Assembly: GCA_965217775.1 (NCBI GenBank)
Contig: CBDCJH010000002.1
Coordinates: 5,536,001 to 5,600,000, forward strand
Length of the DNA stretch: 64,000 bases
Reading direction: 5' to 3'
DNA from: Acidobacteriota bacterium
GTDB lineage: Bacteria > Acidobacteriota > UBA6911 > RPQK01 > JAJDTT01
The notes below the pieces were generated by a model that searched no databases, was not told where the DNA came from, and worked only from the letters and a program-made list of their open reading frames with translations. The position numbers and the translations under genes are program-made. Positions 41,211 to 50,741 of this stretch are shown here, piece after piece. Positions within the stretch are counted from its first letter, which is position 1, and the number at the start of each line of letters is the position of its first letter.

Positions 41211-43031
41211 TTACTTCGTGCTTCGTTTTCTCATTGCGGCCAAGGCCTCCTGCGCGCCTTCGGCCTCCCGGGACATGCCCAATTGACGGTACGCGTCGAC
41301 CAGAGCGGCGAGGGCGTGCATTGCCGTCGGTGAAGACTTTTCGAGTCGCACCACTTCCTTCAAATGAGTCACGGCATCCGCCCGCCGGCCCGCGTCCAGA
41401 TAGGCCCCGGCGGCGATCTGGTGCGCCCGTGAGTTCGCTCCAGTTTCCGTTCCCGCCAACAGCTTCGCCCGGCGCCAGACCGCATCATGGTCGGATAGCT
41501 GGACGTACGCGTGCAGAAGAGCCCGGTTCGCATCCGGGGTGTCTGCCGGGGCCTGGAGCAGATGGCTCTCAAGCTCCTTCGCAGACTCCTGATATCGCTC
41601 CAATGCCAGCAAAGTGAGTCCGAGCCAATAGCTCAACTGGGGGGTGTCGGGCGCCAGTTCCCGCGTCTTTCGCAACGAGGACAAAGCGCCTTCGAATTGG
41701 GAGGTGAGATAGAGGTCCATTCCCAGAAAATAGTGAGCCGCGGGCTGTCTGGGGTCCAGACGGATTGCGGTCCGAAGCCGGTCGATCGCCGCGTCCAATC
41801 GATTCAGATCATGCAGGAGCAGGCCCAGATTCATCTGTGCTTCCGCGAAACCGGGCGCCTCCCGCACGACCTCGATATAGGCGGCCTCCGCCTGGGGGTG
41901 GTCCCCCTGCTTGTGGGCTTCGACACCTCGTCGAAACGTCTGGAGGACGGGACTTTCGGGGTCCAGCCGCCGCACCTCGTCGGTGCCGGTGTCTCGAATC
42001 AGCAGGCCTTCCGCGGGTGCCGCCTCGGCCTGGCGAAGTTCCTCCGCCCTTGCCAGTTCTTCTCGGGCCTTCTCGATCTCTCCGGTCTGGCTGTACAAGA
42101 GCCCCAGCGTGTAGCGGGATTGGCGGTAATCCGGGTCCAGGCGAATGCTGCGTTTGAGAAGTTCTTCCGCCTGCTGTAACCGGCCGTTCTTCAGAGCCAA
42201 GCGGCCCAGCGCCGCAAGTGCTTTGGCATGGTTGGGGCGCAGGTTAACGATCTCGCGATAGAGTTTTTCCGCCCTCCCTGAAAATCCGTCGCTCTCGCTG
42301 ATCTTGGCCAGAAAGAACCTGGCGGTGGTGGAATCGGGAGCCAGGTCGAGACTTCGGCGCAAATGTTTCTCGGCCGCGGCGAAACGTCCCGCCTTGTACA
42401 AGTAGTACCCGAGGGAGAAATGGGTTTGACCGTTGGAGTCTCTCTCCACGGCTTCACCCAGGATGTCCAGGGCGCCTTGGACGTCGCCTCTCGCATGGAG
42501 GCATGCCGCCAGCAACGTGGTGTGCGGCTGGTCCAGCCGATTCGGTTCCTGAATCCGGCGCAGAGCCTGGATCGCTTCCTGGTAGAGGCCTCTTCCGTAC
42601 GCTTCTTCCGCCAGTTCATATAGGACGGGGTCCGTGGCCTCCACCTTCAGGGCCCTGAAGAAATAGGGGTCCGACTCCTCCGGAGGTCCGGTCTTCCGCT
42701 TGGCTCGCCACATCCACAAAAGGGCTTCACCGGAGTCGGGAGTCCGTTGCAGAGCGCTTTCCAGGGGACCTACCGCGTCGTCGGGCCGACTGGACTCGAC
42801 CAGGGTCCGTCCCAGGAGAATGAGCGCGCCGGCGTTCTCCGGCTCCCGTTCCAGCAGGCTCTCCAGAATCGATCGAGCCTGGGACAGATCGCCCCGTGCG
42901 AGGGCCGTCCGGGCCTCGCGCAGGCGGTCACTCGGAGGCGACGGGGAAGGGAAGGCGCGCTGCACCGGCCAGAACAGGAGTCCGGCCAGAATCAGAAGGG
43001 ATGAGGCTCGACGAACCGAAAGGCTTGGCAT
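41211..43031 (-). CDS. Secreted tetratricopeptide repeat protein
   Basis: Signal peptide; more than 10 TPR-like repeats. Confidence 0.85.
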   Translation of the reverse strand: MPSLSVRRASSLLILAGLLFWPVQRAFPSPSPPSDRLREARTALARGDLSQARSILESLLEREPENAGALILLGRTLVESSRPDDAVGPLESALQRTPDSGEALLWMWRAKRKTGPPEESDPYFFRALKVEATDPVLYELAEEAYGRGLYQEAIQALRRIQEPNRLDQPHTTLLAACLHARGDVQGALDILGEAVERDSNGQTHFSLGYYLYKAGRFAAAEKHLRRSLDLAPDSTTARFFLAKISESDGFSGRAEKLYREIVNLRPNHAKALAALGRLALKNGRLQQAEELLKRSIRLDPDYRQSRYTLGLLYSQTGEIEKAREELARAEELRQAEAAPAEGLLIRDTGTDEVRRLDPESPVLQTFRRGVEAHKQGDHPQAEAAYIEVVREAPGFAEAQMNLGLLLHDLNRLDAAIDRLRTAIRLDPRQPAAHYFLGMDLYLTSQFEGALSSLRKTRELAPDTPQLSYWLGLTLLALERYQESAKELESHLLQAPADTPDANRALLHAYVQLSDHDAVWRRAKLLAGTETGANSRAHQIAAGAYLDAGRRADAVTHLKEVVRLEKSSPTAMHALAALVDAYRQLGMSREAEGAQEALAAMRKRSTK

Positions 43032-43177
43032 CCTTTACCGTGGCGATCCGGGCCAGTCTACTACGGGGACGAGGTCCATCCCACCGGGCGCCGGGAAATC
43101 CGGGTCCGGCCCGCAGTCCGGTTTTGCCGTGTCCGGTTATGATAGCGACGGCCGGGGCCGGCGAAAGCGAGCATTCC

Positions 43178-44860
43178 ATGTTTCTTGTCCGCACCTGGAC
43201 ACTCCCGATTCTGCTCCTCTTCACCAATGCCGGAATCCCCCTCCTCGTTGGAGAGGGATCCTCTCCCGGCTGGCCGCTGTTCGTCGACGTTTCGGAAGAC
43301 GGCGGGGTCCCGTTTGTCCACCGTGCTTCCGCCACCCCCAAGAAGTTCCTGCTGGAGACCATGGGTTCGGGAGTCGCGGTGCTGGATTACGACGGGGACG
43401 GGCTCCTGGACATCTACCTGCTGAACGGGGCCAGACTGACCCCCGGCATGGCCCCGGGATCGATTCCGGAAAAATCTTCGCCCGAATACTGGAACCGGCT
43501 CTACAGAAACAACGGTAACGGGAGCTACACCGATACTACCGATGACGCCGGGGTAGCGGGCCGCGGCTATGCCATGGGCGTGGCGGTCGGGGACTACGAC
43601 AACGACGGCCGGCCCGATCTCTACGTCACCAACTACCCCTCGAACCAGCTCTTCCGCAATCAGGGCGACGGGACCTTCCGGGACGTGACCGGGACCGCCG
43701 GGGTCCGCGGCGGGGGCTGGTCCAGCAGCGCCGGGTTCTTCGACTACGACCGGGATGGTGATCTGGATCTGTACGTCTGCCGCTATATGCAGTGGGATTT
43801 CGACGATGTCTTCTGTGGCCGTTCCGACCTGCGGGCCTACTGCGACCCGAAACACTTCCGCCCCATTTCCAACCTGCTCTATCGGAACGACGGGGACGGG
43901 ACCTTCACCGATGCGACGGAAAGCAGTGGTGTCGGTGCCCACCCGAGCAAGGGCCTGGGCGTTGCCTTCAACGATTTCGACCGGGACGGCTGGCCGGACG
44001 TCGTCGTGGCCAACGACGGGGTGCCGCAATCCCTTTTCCTGAATCAGGGAAACGGCTCCTTTCGGGAGGAGGCTCTGCTCAAGGGATTGGCTTTCGACGA
44101 AGACGGGAACACCTTCGCCGGGATGGGTGTCCACTTCGCCGACTACGACCAGGACGGGTGGCCCGACGTGCTCATCACGACCCTCTCGCTGGAGACCTAC
44201 GCCCTTTTCCGCAATCTCTCCGGACGGGCCTTCGACTACGTTTCGAAACGCTCGGGCGTGGCCGCAGCCACCCGGCTCTACTCGGGTTGGGGAACCTTCT
44301 TCTTCGACGCGGACAACGACGGCCGGAAGGACATCTTCGTCGCTCAAGGGCACGTCATGGACACCATCGAGTCCACCAACTCGACCCTGAGCTATCTCCA
44401 GCCGCCCCTGCTGCTCCGGAACCGGGCCGATGTCTTCGAAGATGTCTCAGCCGAAAGCGGCCGCCCCTTTTGGAAATCCCATGCCGGCCGGGGAGCCGCT
44501 TTCGGAGACCTGGACAACGACGGCGACCTGGACCTGGTGATCGTCAACATGGACCGCCGGGTCCAGATTCTCCGCAACGAAACGGCCGGGGCGAACTGGA
44601 TCAGCTTCCGGCTGAAGGGGAACCGCTCGAATTCCGAAGGAATCGGAGCCGAGATCCGGATCACGCCGGACTCGGGAAACCGCCAGTTCGCCCGGGTGAC
44701 CCGGGCTTCCAGCTATCTCTCCTCCAACGACGTCCGGCGCCACTTCGGTCTGGCGGGCCATACATCCATCAAGGAAGTCAGAATCACCTGGCCCAGCGGA
44801 GTCGTGCAGACACTTCGATCAGTTGGTGCGAATCAGTTCCTCGAGATCAAGGAACCATAG
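43178..44860 (+). CDS. CRTAC1 family FG-GAP / ASPIC-UnbV protein; start uncertain
   Basis: ETMGSGVAVLDYDGDG, repeated DYDNDGxxDL blades, GRGAAFGDLDNDGDLD, SYLSSND.R.HFGL. Confidence 0.9.
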   Translation: MFLVRTWTLPILLLFTNAGIPLLVGEGSSPGWPLFVDVSEDGGVPFVHRASATPKKFLLETMGSGVAVLDYDGDGLLDIYLLNGARLTPGMAPGSIPEKSSPEYWNRLYRNNGNGSYTDTTDDAGVAGRGYAMGVAVGDYDNDGRPDLYVTNYPSNQLFRNQGDGTFRDVTGTAGVRGGGWSSSAGFFDYDRDGDLDLYVCRYMQWDFDDVFCGRSDLRAYCDPKHFRPISNLLYRNDGDGTFTDATESSGVGAHPSKGLGVAFNDFDRDGWPDVVVANDGVPQSLFLNQGNGSFREEALLKGLAFDEDGNTFAGMGVHFADYDQDGWPDVLITTLSLETYALFRNLSGRAFDYVSKRSGVAAATRLYSGWGTFFFDADNDGRKDIFVAQGHVMDTIESTNSTLSYLQPPLLLRNRADVFEDVSAESGRPFWKSHAGRGAAFGDLDNDGDLDLVIVNMDRRVQILRNETAGANWISFRLKGNRSNSEGIGAEIRITPDSGNRQFARVTRASSYLSSNDVRRHFGLAGHTSIKEVRITWPSGVVQTLRSVGANQFLEIKEP

Positions 44861-44890
44861 GAACGGATTCGGGGTACGACTACGACGACA

Positions 44891-44917
44891 GTTAACGATT
44901 GCCCAGGTTCGAACGTC
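44891..44917 (+). promoter_or_regulatory. Second ECF-type promoter (TAAC-17bp-CGTC)
   Basis: GTTAACGATTGCCCAGGTTCGAACGTCATA; inverted paralog of 35928-35954. Confidence 0.7.
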
Positions 44918-44945
44918 ATAGGAGTAGATCCGAAAGGACGCAGGA

Positions 44946-45026
44946 ATGTGGATGTGGTTGCAAAACATTCTAGTACCGCTTGGGGTCGTTGCCGTGGTGG
45001 TGCTCATGAGTTGGCTCAGCCATTGA
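44946..45026 (+). pseudogene. 26-codon ORF paralogous to the N-terminus of 35423-35899 (truncated copy or small TM peptide)
   Basis: MWMWLQNILVPLGVVAVVVLMSWLSH* versus MWMQNTLVPLGVFAMVVLILWFSH. Confidence 0.65.
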
Positions 45027-45082
45027 GCTCTCCCGGTTGGAGAACTGCATTTGCCGCCTATCTTCAGAACTCGCTGGGAGCC

Positions 45083-45982
45083 ATGAGCATGACCTCAATG
45101 ATTCACTCTCGTCCAAGCATGTCACTCGGTCTTCTCCTTCTGCTGCCAGCGGCTGCGTGTTGGGGCGAAGTGGGTTTGGAGCGGACCGAGGTTTCTGAGC
45201 AAACCTACCCGGCATCCGCGATCCAAATCGTCTCGCTCGAAAACAGAAACGGGCGCATTCACCTACAAGCCTGGGACAGGGATGAAATTCAGGTGAAGGC
45301 GACCAAGAAGGTGAAAGGGTGGGGGCTGGATAAAGCCGAGGAGATCCTGAAAGAAATCAAATTCGAACTGATTCACGAGGGAGAGACCTTGACGATCCGT
45401 ACTGCTTTGCCCAATCACTGGCGTCGGTGGGGCCGTTCCGCATCTGTCCAGTATGAAATCAAGCTGCCCCGCAGGATGAACGTGGAGGCGACCTCGACCA
45501 ATGGGCGTGTTATCGCCTCCGGCCTTGAAGGAAAGCAGCGTTATTCCTCCGCTAATGGAAAGATTCAGGTTCAGGGAAGTAAAGGTTCCTTGGAGGCTCA
45601 GACCGTGAATGGTGCCGTCGAGATCGATGGCGCCAGTGGTGTTCTTGATGCTGAGACCAAGAACGGCTCGATTCATACTCAGAATATCAATGGCCGTCTT
45701 CGGGCCAAGACGGCTAACGGAAGTATCCGAGCCAGTTTTTCCACCCCACCGGACGGTGAGGTGGCGTTGAATACTACAAACGGCTCGGTTCGTCTGACCT
45801 TGCCGGCCCAGACCCACGCCAATGTGGTCGCCCGGACTGCCAACGGATCCATCGCAACCGATTTTCCACTTATGGTTCAGGGAAAAATCGGGAAGAAATT
45901 GGAAGGTAAACTCGGCGAAGGCGGCCCGCCCTTGACACTTTCCACCGTTAACGGCAGCATCCGGATTTCCAGATTGGAATAA
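45083..45982 (+). CDS. DUF4097 beta-strand repeat (putative adhesin) protein
   Basis: Signal-like N-terminus; repeated (T/S)xNGxI units; GEGGPPLTLSTVNGSIRI C-terminus. Confidence 0.85.
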   Translation: MSMTSMIHSRPSMSLGLLLLLPAAACWGEVGLERTEVSEQTYPASAIQIVSLENRNGRIHLQAWDRDEIQVKATKKVKGWGLDKAEEILKEIKFELIHEGETLTIRTALPNHWRRWGRSASVQYEIKLPRRMNVEATSTNGRVIASGLEGKQRYSSANGKIQVQGSKGSLEAQTVNGAVEIDGASGVLDAETKNGSIHTQNINGRLRAKTANGSIRASFSTPPDGEVALNTTNGSVRLTLPAQTHANVVARTANGSIATDFPLMVQGKIGKKLEGKLGEGGPPLTLSTVNGSIRISRLE

Positions 45983-46086
45983 ACCCCGAATCAGCCTCCC
46001 GATTCGGGTGCGCGACACTCGATCGAAGCACAATACGTCATCTGCTGACCACGCGGGTCGCTCTTCATCTTGCCCGGCGAGGAGAC

Positions 46087-47319
46087 ATGATGATCGACGG
46101 ACCGCAAGAGCCCCTGAAACCAACGCCGTTGCGAGAAAGGATCCGCTCGCTGGATCTGCTGCGCGGGTTCGCCCTGCTCGGCATTCTGATCGTGAACATT
46201 CAGTCTTTTTCGATGATCACGGCCGCCTACCTCAACCCCACGGCCTATGGGGATCTGAGCGGCAGCAATGGCTGGGTCTACATTTTGAGTAATGTCCTTG
46301 CCGAGCAGAAGTTCATGACGTTGTTCACGATTCTCTTTGGCGCCGGCATCGTGCTGATGACCTCACGTGTGGAAGCCCGCGGGGCCAGCGCCGCGGTTGT
46401 TCACTATCGCAGGACGTTCATTCTGTTGGTGTTCGGGCTCTTGCACGCCTATCTGCTATGGGCTGGTGACGTGCTGGTCTCCTACGCACTCTGCGCGTTG
46501 CTGGTCTTCCCATTTCGCAAGTTGTCTCCCAAGACTCTGCTGACATTGGGCCTGGGGAGCGTGCTGATCGGGTCCATCATTTATCTGTTCATCGGTCTGA
46601 CGATGGGGTACATCCCGCCCGACGCGATAGCCGAGATGATGAGCATCTGGAGGCCGTCCGCGGAACTGGTGAAAGAGGAGGTGACGGCTTACCGGTCGGG
46701 GTGGTTGCAACAGATGGAGAAACGAGTCGACACGGCACTCGTCATCCAAACCAGAGCGTTTCTGATGTGGGGGCTCTGGCGAATCGGGGGACTGATGCTG
46801 GTCGGGATGGCACTCTTCAAATGGGGAGTCTTGGCGGCTGCCCGCTCGAGTCGATTCTACATCGGTCTGGCCGTCGCGGGTCTGAGCCTGGGATGGGCCC
46901 TGTCGAGCTACGGCCTGGTTCGCAATTTTTCCAGGAACTGGTCGCTGGACTGCTGGTTCATCGGCAGTCAGTACAATTATTGGGGAAGCACTCTGGTGAG
47001 TTTGGGCTACCTCAGCCTGGTGATGTTGATCTGCAGATCACGGCTGGGGGGACGTCTCTTGCAAGCCATATCGGCAGTCGGACGCACGGCGTTGAGCAAC
47101 TACCTGCTCCAGACTGTCCTTTGCACGACGCTGTTTTACGGACACGGTCTGGGACTCTTCGGGAGCGTCGAGAGAACGGTACAGGTAGCCGTCGTCTTGG
47201 CCGTCTGGATCGTTCAACTCATCGCCTCTTCCTGGTGGGTCAAGCGGTTCCGTTACGGGCCCATGGAATGGGTGTGGCGCTCTCTGACCTATGGGCAACT
47301 CCAAATGGTCCTGCCATAG
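46087..47319 (+). CDS. DUF418 (YeiB-like) membrane protein
   Basis: RIRSLDLLRGFALLGILIVNI, KFMTLF..LFGAG, GRTALSNYLLQT, FRYGPMEWVWR.LTYG. Confidence 0.9.
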   Translation: MMIDGPQEPLKPTPLRERIRSLDLLRGFALLGILIVNIQSFSMITAAYLNPTAYGDLSGSNGWVYILSNVLAEQKFMTLFTILFGAGIVLMTSRVEARGASAAVVHYRRTFILLVFGLLHAYLLWAGDVLVSYALCALLVFPFRKLSPKTLLTLGLGSVLIGSIIYLFIGLTMGYIPPDAIAEMMSIWRPSAELVKEEVTAYRSGWLQQMEKRVDTALVIQTRAFLMWGLWRIGGLMLVGMALFKWGVLAAARSSRFYIGLAVAGLSLGWALSSYGLVRNFSRNWSLDCWFIGSQYNYWGSTLVSLGYLSLVMLICRSRLGGRLLQAISAVGRTALSNYLLQTVLCTTLFYGHGLGLFGSVERTVQVAVVLAVWIVQLIASSWWVKRFRYGPMEWVWRSLTYGQLQMVLP

Positions 47320-48286
47320 AGGAATACGGTCGAGATCCATGCGGAGGCGGGTGCTCCCGTAGCTGGTCACCAGCAGTTCCTCGCGCCTGAGCCTCGAGCT
47401 TGCGCGGACAGCCAGCTCACCCGTCCCCATCAAGCGGAAAGTCTCCCAGCCCACCTCGTCCTCCGGCTTGCTTTGCACCGGTACCAGGAGCCACTGGAAG
47501 ACTTCGGGTATCTGGCCCATCACCCTCCCGACCTCTTCCTTGAGACGGGTCTCGGCCTGCTTGGCCTGGAACGGGTCGAGATTCAGGGTCTCCCTCTCCG
47601 CAACGATCGATTGCCAGGCGAACGCTGGGGTCGTCGGGAACATCCCCGGCCTCGCGCGGGAAGCAGTGAACGGCGTGAAAGTCGCCCCGCTTGGCCGCAT
47701 CGGCCTGCACCCGCCGCCTGATCTCCTCGGCAACCTTGTCGGGATCGCGTTCCAGTTGCGCGGCCCTGTCCCTCGCGAGCTTGGTGACGGTGGGCTGCGT
47801 GTCGTACCAGACACGGGATTCGTCCTGGTACGGATGAGTCGCTTCTCCGGCCAGGCGGCGCAACGCGTCCCCGAAGATTGCCGACGATTCCCCCGGAAGT
47901 ACGCAACCGAGCTTTACCCGTCGGTCGTCCATCCCTTTGCGGGCCGCATCCTTCAAGGGAGCCGACCCCAGGTAGACGGTTCGGGCGACGCGTCGGCAGG
48001 CGGTCAGTCTCGGTCAACGTCTGGGCAAAGGTGAACTGTGTCTCGAAGCTGCCGGCCGGCAGGTCGCTGCGATGATGCAACTGGCGCGCGTAGGCCACCC
48101 ACTCGTCGATGAGCACCACGCACGGACCGAAGTCGTTGAGGAGGCCGCGAAGGGCGTCGCCGGGGCTCGTGCCCTTTTCGTCATCGGCGGCGATACTGTG
48201 GTAGCCAACCCGCCCGCCCAGTTGCCAGGCGAGCTCGACCCACAGAGTATCGCCTTGCCGACGCGTTCGTGATTGGTGATAGCCAT
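47320..48286 (-). pseudogene. Eroded DUF499-family ATPase gene (several internal deletions and frameshifts)
   Basis: Fragments in different frames: MAITNHERVGKA | LWVELAWQLGG..SPGD..VLIDEWVAYARQL..TQFTFAQTLTE | VKLGCVLPGE..FGDALRRL..WYDTQPTVTKLARDRA | AWQSIV..LNLDPFQ..WLLVPVQ..RLRMDLDRIPLW. Confidence 0.8.
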
Positions 48287-48289
48287 GGG

Positions 48290-48862
48290 TCAGTCCTGGT
48301 GGGTGGATGGGAGCCGCGAGGCGAGTCGTTCGACTCCGTTCATCATCGCTTGAAAACTTGGCGAACAGTTGCGCTCCCGCGTCAGGTGGTAGGCGAGAAG
48401 ACGTGCTCCGGAGATCTTCTGGTACTCCGGAACGAGCCTGGCGATCTCCCTGGCTGGATATGCGACTGCGTCCGGCAGACGAAACCTTGCCCGGGCACCG
48501 ATCTCGCGGAGCGATTCTCTTCCGAATGCCTCGGCCAACGCGTCGGGCTCACCCAGATACCATGCCTCGAGCTCTTGACAAGCGACGCGGATCAGACAGT
48601 GCTCTTCATTACGGACCGAGCACAGCTCCCGAAGGTGCTCCTTGAGAGCCTTGCAGTCCCCCCGGTCATTGTCCCTGACTACCACGAAACGGACGCCGGG
48701 CTCTCGCCAACCGCGCAGTTTCCGCGGGATGCTCTTCTCCAGATCGTTCTTTCCGTCATGAGGCACACACTGGAAGAGCAGATCTGGAAAGAGACGTGGA
48801 AGAAGGATGTCCGGAAGCGTCTTCATCGAGGGCTCCTCCAGCAGGAAGATCATCCGAGTCAT
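48290..48862 (-). CDS. DUF4276 family (TOPRIM-like nuclease) protein
   Basis: IFLLEEPSM, HDGKNDLEKSIPRKLRGW, VVRDND, ELEAWYLG, SPSF. Confidence 0.82.
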   Translation of the reverse strand: MTRMIFLLEEPSMKTLPDILLPRLFPDLLFQCVPHDGKNDLEKSIPRKLRGWREPGVRFVVVRDNDRGDCKALKEHLRELCSVRNEEHCLIRVACQELEAWYLGEPDALAEAFGRESLREIGARARFRLPDAVAYPAREIARLVPEYQKISGARLLAYHLTRERNCSPSFQAMMNGVERLASRLPSTHQD

Positions 48863-50034
48863 CGCGGGGCCGCGCCTTCGAAGAGCCCCTGCCTCCAGAG
48901 CGTGCCCAGCTTGTCGCCCTCGTCCACAAGCTGCTTCAGCAACCGGTCGGTGGACGCCCGCCGCACTTTCGCGAAGCCGTGCTCCTTCGCAAACCAGTAC
49001 ACCTCGTTCAGCCCTGCGCCGTTGAGGAAAAACGGGGAATGGGTCGACACGAAGACCTGTCCGCCGCGCCGTGCGTAGTCTCTGAACTCTTCGACGAGTT
49101 CCAGCAGGAGGTCGGGGTACAACTGGTTCTCGGGCTCCTCGACGGCGAGAAGCGGGTGTGGTACGGGGTCATAGAGCAGAATCAAGTAGGCGAAAATCTT
49201 GATCGTGCCGTCGCTGACAAAGCGGGCGACAAATGGATCTTGAAACGCGTGATCCTTGAAGCGGAGCACCAACCGGCCGTCTTCCGTCGGTCTCGCCTCC
49301 ACTCCGCGCACGCCGGGAACTCTCGCACTCATCGCCTGCAGAACCCGGTCGAAACACTCGGGGTGATGCTGGTAGAGGTACTGTGCGACCTGCGCTACGT
49401 TGTCGCCTCTGGTAGACAGATGCTCCGCGTACCCCGCTTCCACGCTGGGCCTCGCGTCCGAGATGTGGAAATCCGAGATGTGCCAGTTCTCGATCAGGCT
49501 CCGGAACTCCGACACCACTCGAAATCGTTGGAACTGTCCCAGCCCCTTGATGGCCAAAACACTGGGGTCGTCCAGCTTGAAATCCTCCCGCTCCTCCTCA
49601 ACGCCCTCCTGTCCGTAGACCGACTCATTGGTGATGGCAGATCCCTCGCCGCTGCTGAAGTCGACGAAGTGCCAGGGCCTTCCGTATCGCCCCCGCCGGT
49701 ACCGAAGCACTTCGCGGGCTACGACGACCCGTCCATTCTCGCTGGCGATCCTGAGAAGATACGTTGCCAGGCGCCCACCACTCTCCCGAAACTGGACCGT
49801 GATCCCGATCGGTCCCTCGCTGCCGCGCGAGACCACCTCCCGAAATCCGCCTCGCCGCGTCACGGCGGCCGCAACGTTTTGGGTCAGGGCGTCCTTGAGG
49901 AACGTGAAGACGTCGAACAGGGTCGACTTTCCCGACCCGTTTGCGCCGACGACGATGGCGAGTTGGGGGAGATCCTCGAACTTCACACTGCGGAACACGC
50001 GGTAGTTTTCTATCTTGATGTTCTCGATGCGCAT
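48859..50034 (-). CDS. AAA_21/AAA_15 ABC-type ATPase
   Basis: Walker A GANGSGKS, signature SDGT, Walker B AVEEPEN, H-loop STHSP; coupled to DUF4276. Confidence 0.9.
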   Translation of the reverse strand: MRIENIKIENYRVFRSVKFEDLPQLAIVVGANGSGKSTLFDVFTFLKDALTQNVAAAVTRRGGFREVVSRGSEGPIGITVQFRESGGRLATYLLRIASENGRVVVAREVLRYRRGRYGRPWHFVDFSSGEGSAITNESVYGQEGVEEEREDFKLDDPSVLAIKGLGQFQRFRVVSEFRSLIENWHISDFHISDARPSVEAGYAEHLSTRGDNVAQVAQYLYQHHPECFDRVLQAMSARVPGVRGVEARPTEDGRLVLRFKDHAFQDPFVARFVSDGTIKIFAYLILLYDPVPHPLLAVEEPENQLYPDLLLELVEEFRDYARRGGQVFVSTHSPFFLNGAGLNEVYWFAKEHGFAKVRRASTDRLLKQLVDEGDKLGTLWRQGLFEGAAPR

Positions 50035-50066
50035 CTGTCAGCTCTCGGGTTCAAGGATCTCGGCAT

Positions 50067-50590
50067 TCACGGATTCCGCCACCCGGAAAGCTTTGCCTGC
50101 ACTGCAGGGGCTTTCGCGCCCGCCAGTTGCCTGATCTCGACCCAGCTCCCGACCAGAGCATTGTACTGGAGCGCTTCTGCGGCCCGCTTCTTCCGCTCCG
50201 AGATCGAGTAGAGCCGATAGGCGAGGTCGCGCGCCACATCGGCCACGCTCCCGAGGCGCCTGACAAGATCCGCGGCCTCCTGTTCGCCGCCGCAATCCAG
50301 CAGCCGGATCAGATGGTGGACCATTTCCCAGGTCGTGAGGCGGGCATCGGAAGACGGGTCCCATTCGGAAGGCAGTTCGGCAGGTCGTAGCAGACGAACC
50401 TTGCCCGCACGGGATTCGAGGATGCCGGCCTCCACCAATCCTTTGATGCTCGTGTTCTTGGCCTTGGACAGCGTCTCCGCTACACCGAACTCGCCCTCCG
50501 CGAAGCCGCGCTCCTCGAACCAGGCCAGAGCCCGACGGGTGTCCGCGTCGAAGTCGCCTTCCTGTTCCGCCAGCGACTCATCCAGGATCT
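50067..50590 (-). pseudogene. C-terminal remnant of a DUF1156 DNA methyltransferase
   Basis: LDESLAEQEGDFDADTRRALAWFE..GEFGVAETLSKAKNTS..GLVEAGI..GKVRLL..ARDLAYRLY..EA..YNALV.SW; N-terminal and catalytic parts absent. Confidence 0.75.
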
Positions 50591-50741
50591 GAGTGAGCAG
50601 TATACACCCGCTACGGGTGGTGCCTCCTGGTCGGCATCAGGCTCCAGCGAACGAGCTGGCAGATGCCAACCGACTGCAGCTCATGCGATTGGCTCAAAGC
50701 GGCCTGACGAAGCAAGGCATCGGTCAGAACCCCTCACCCTA

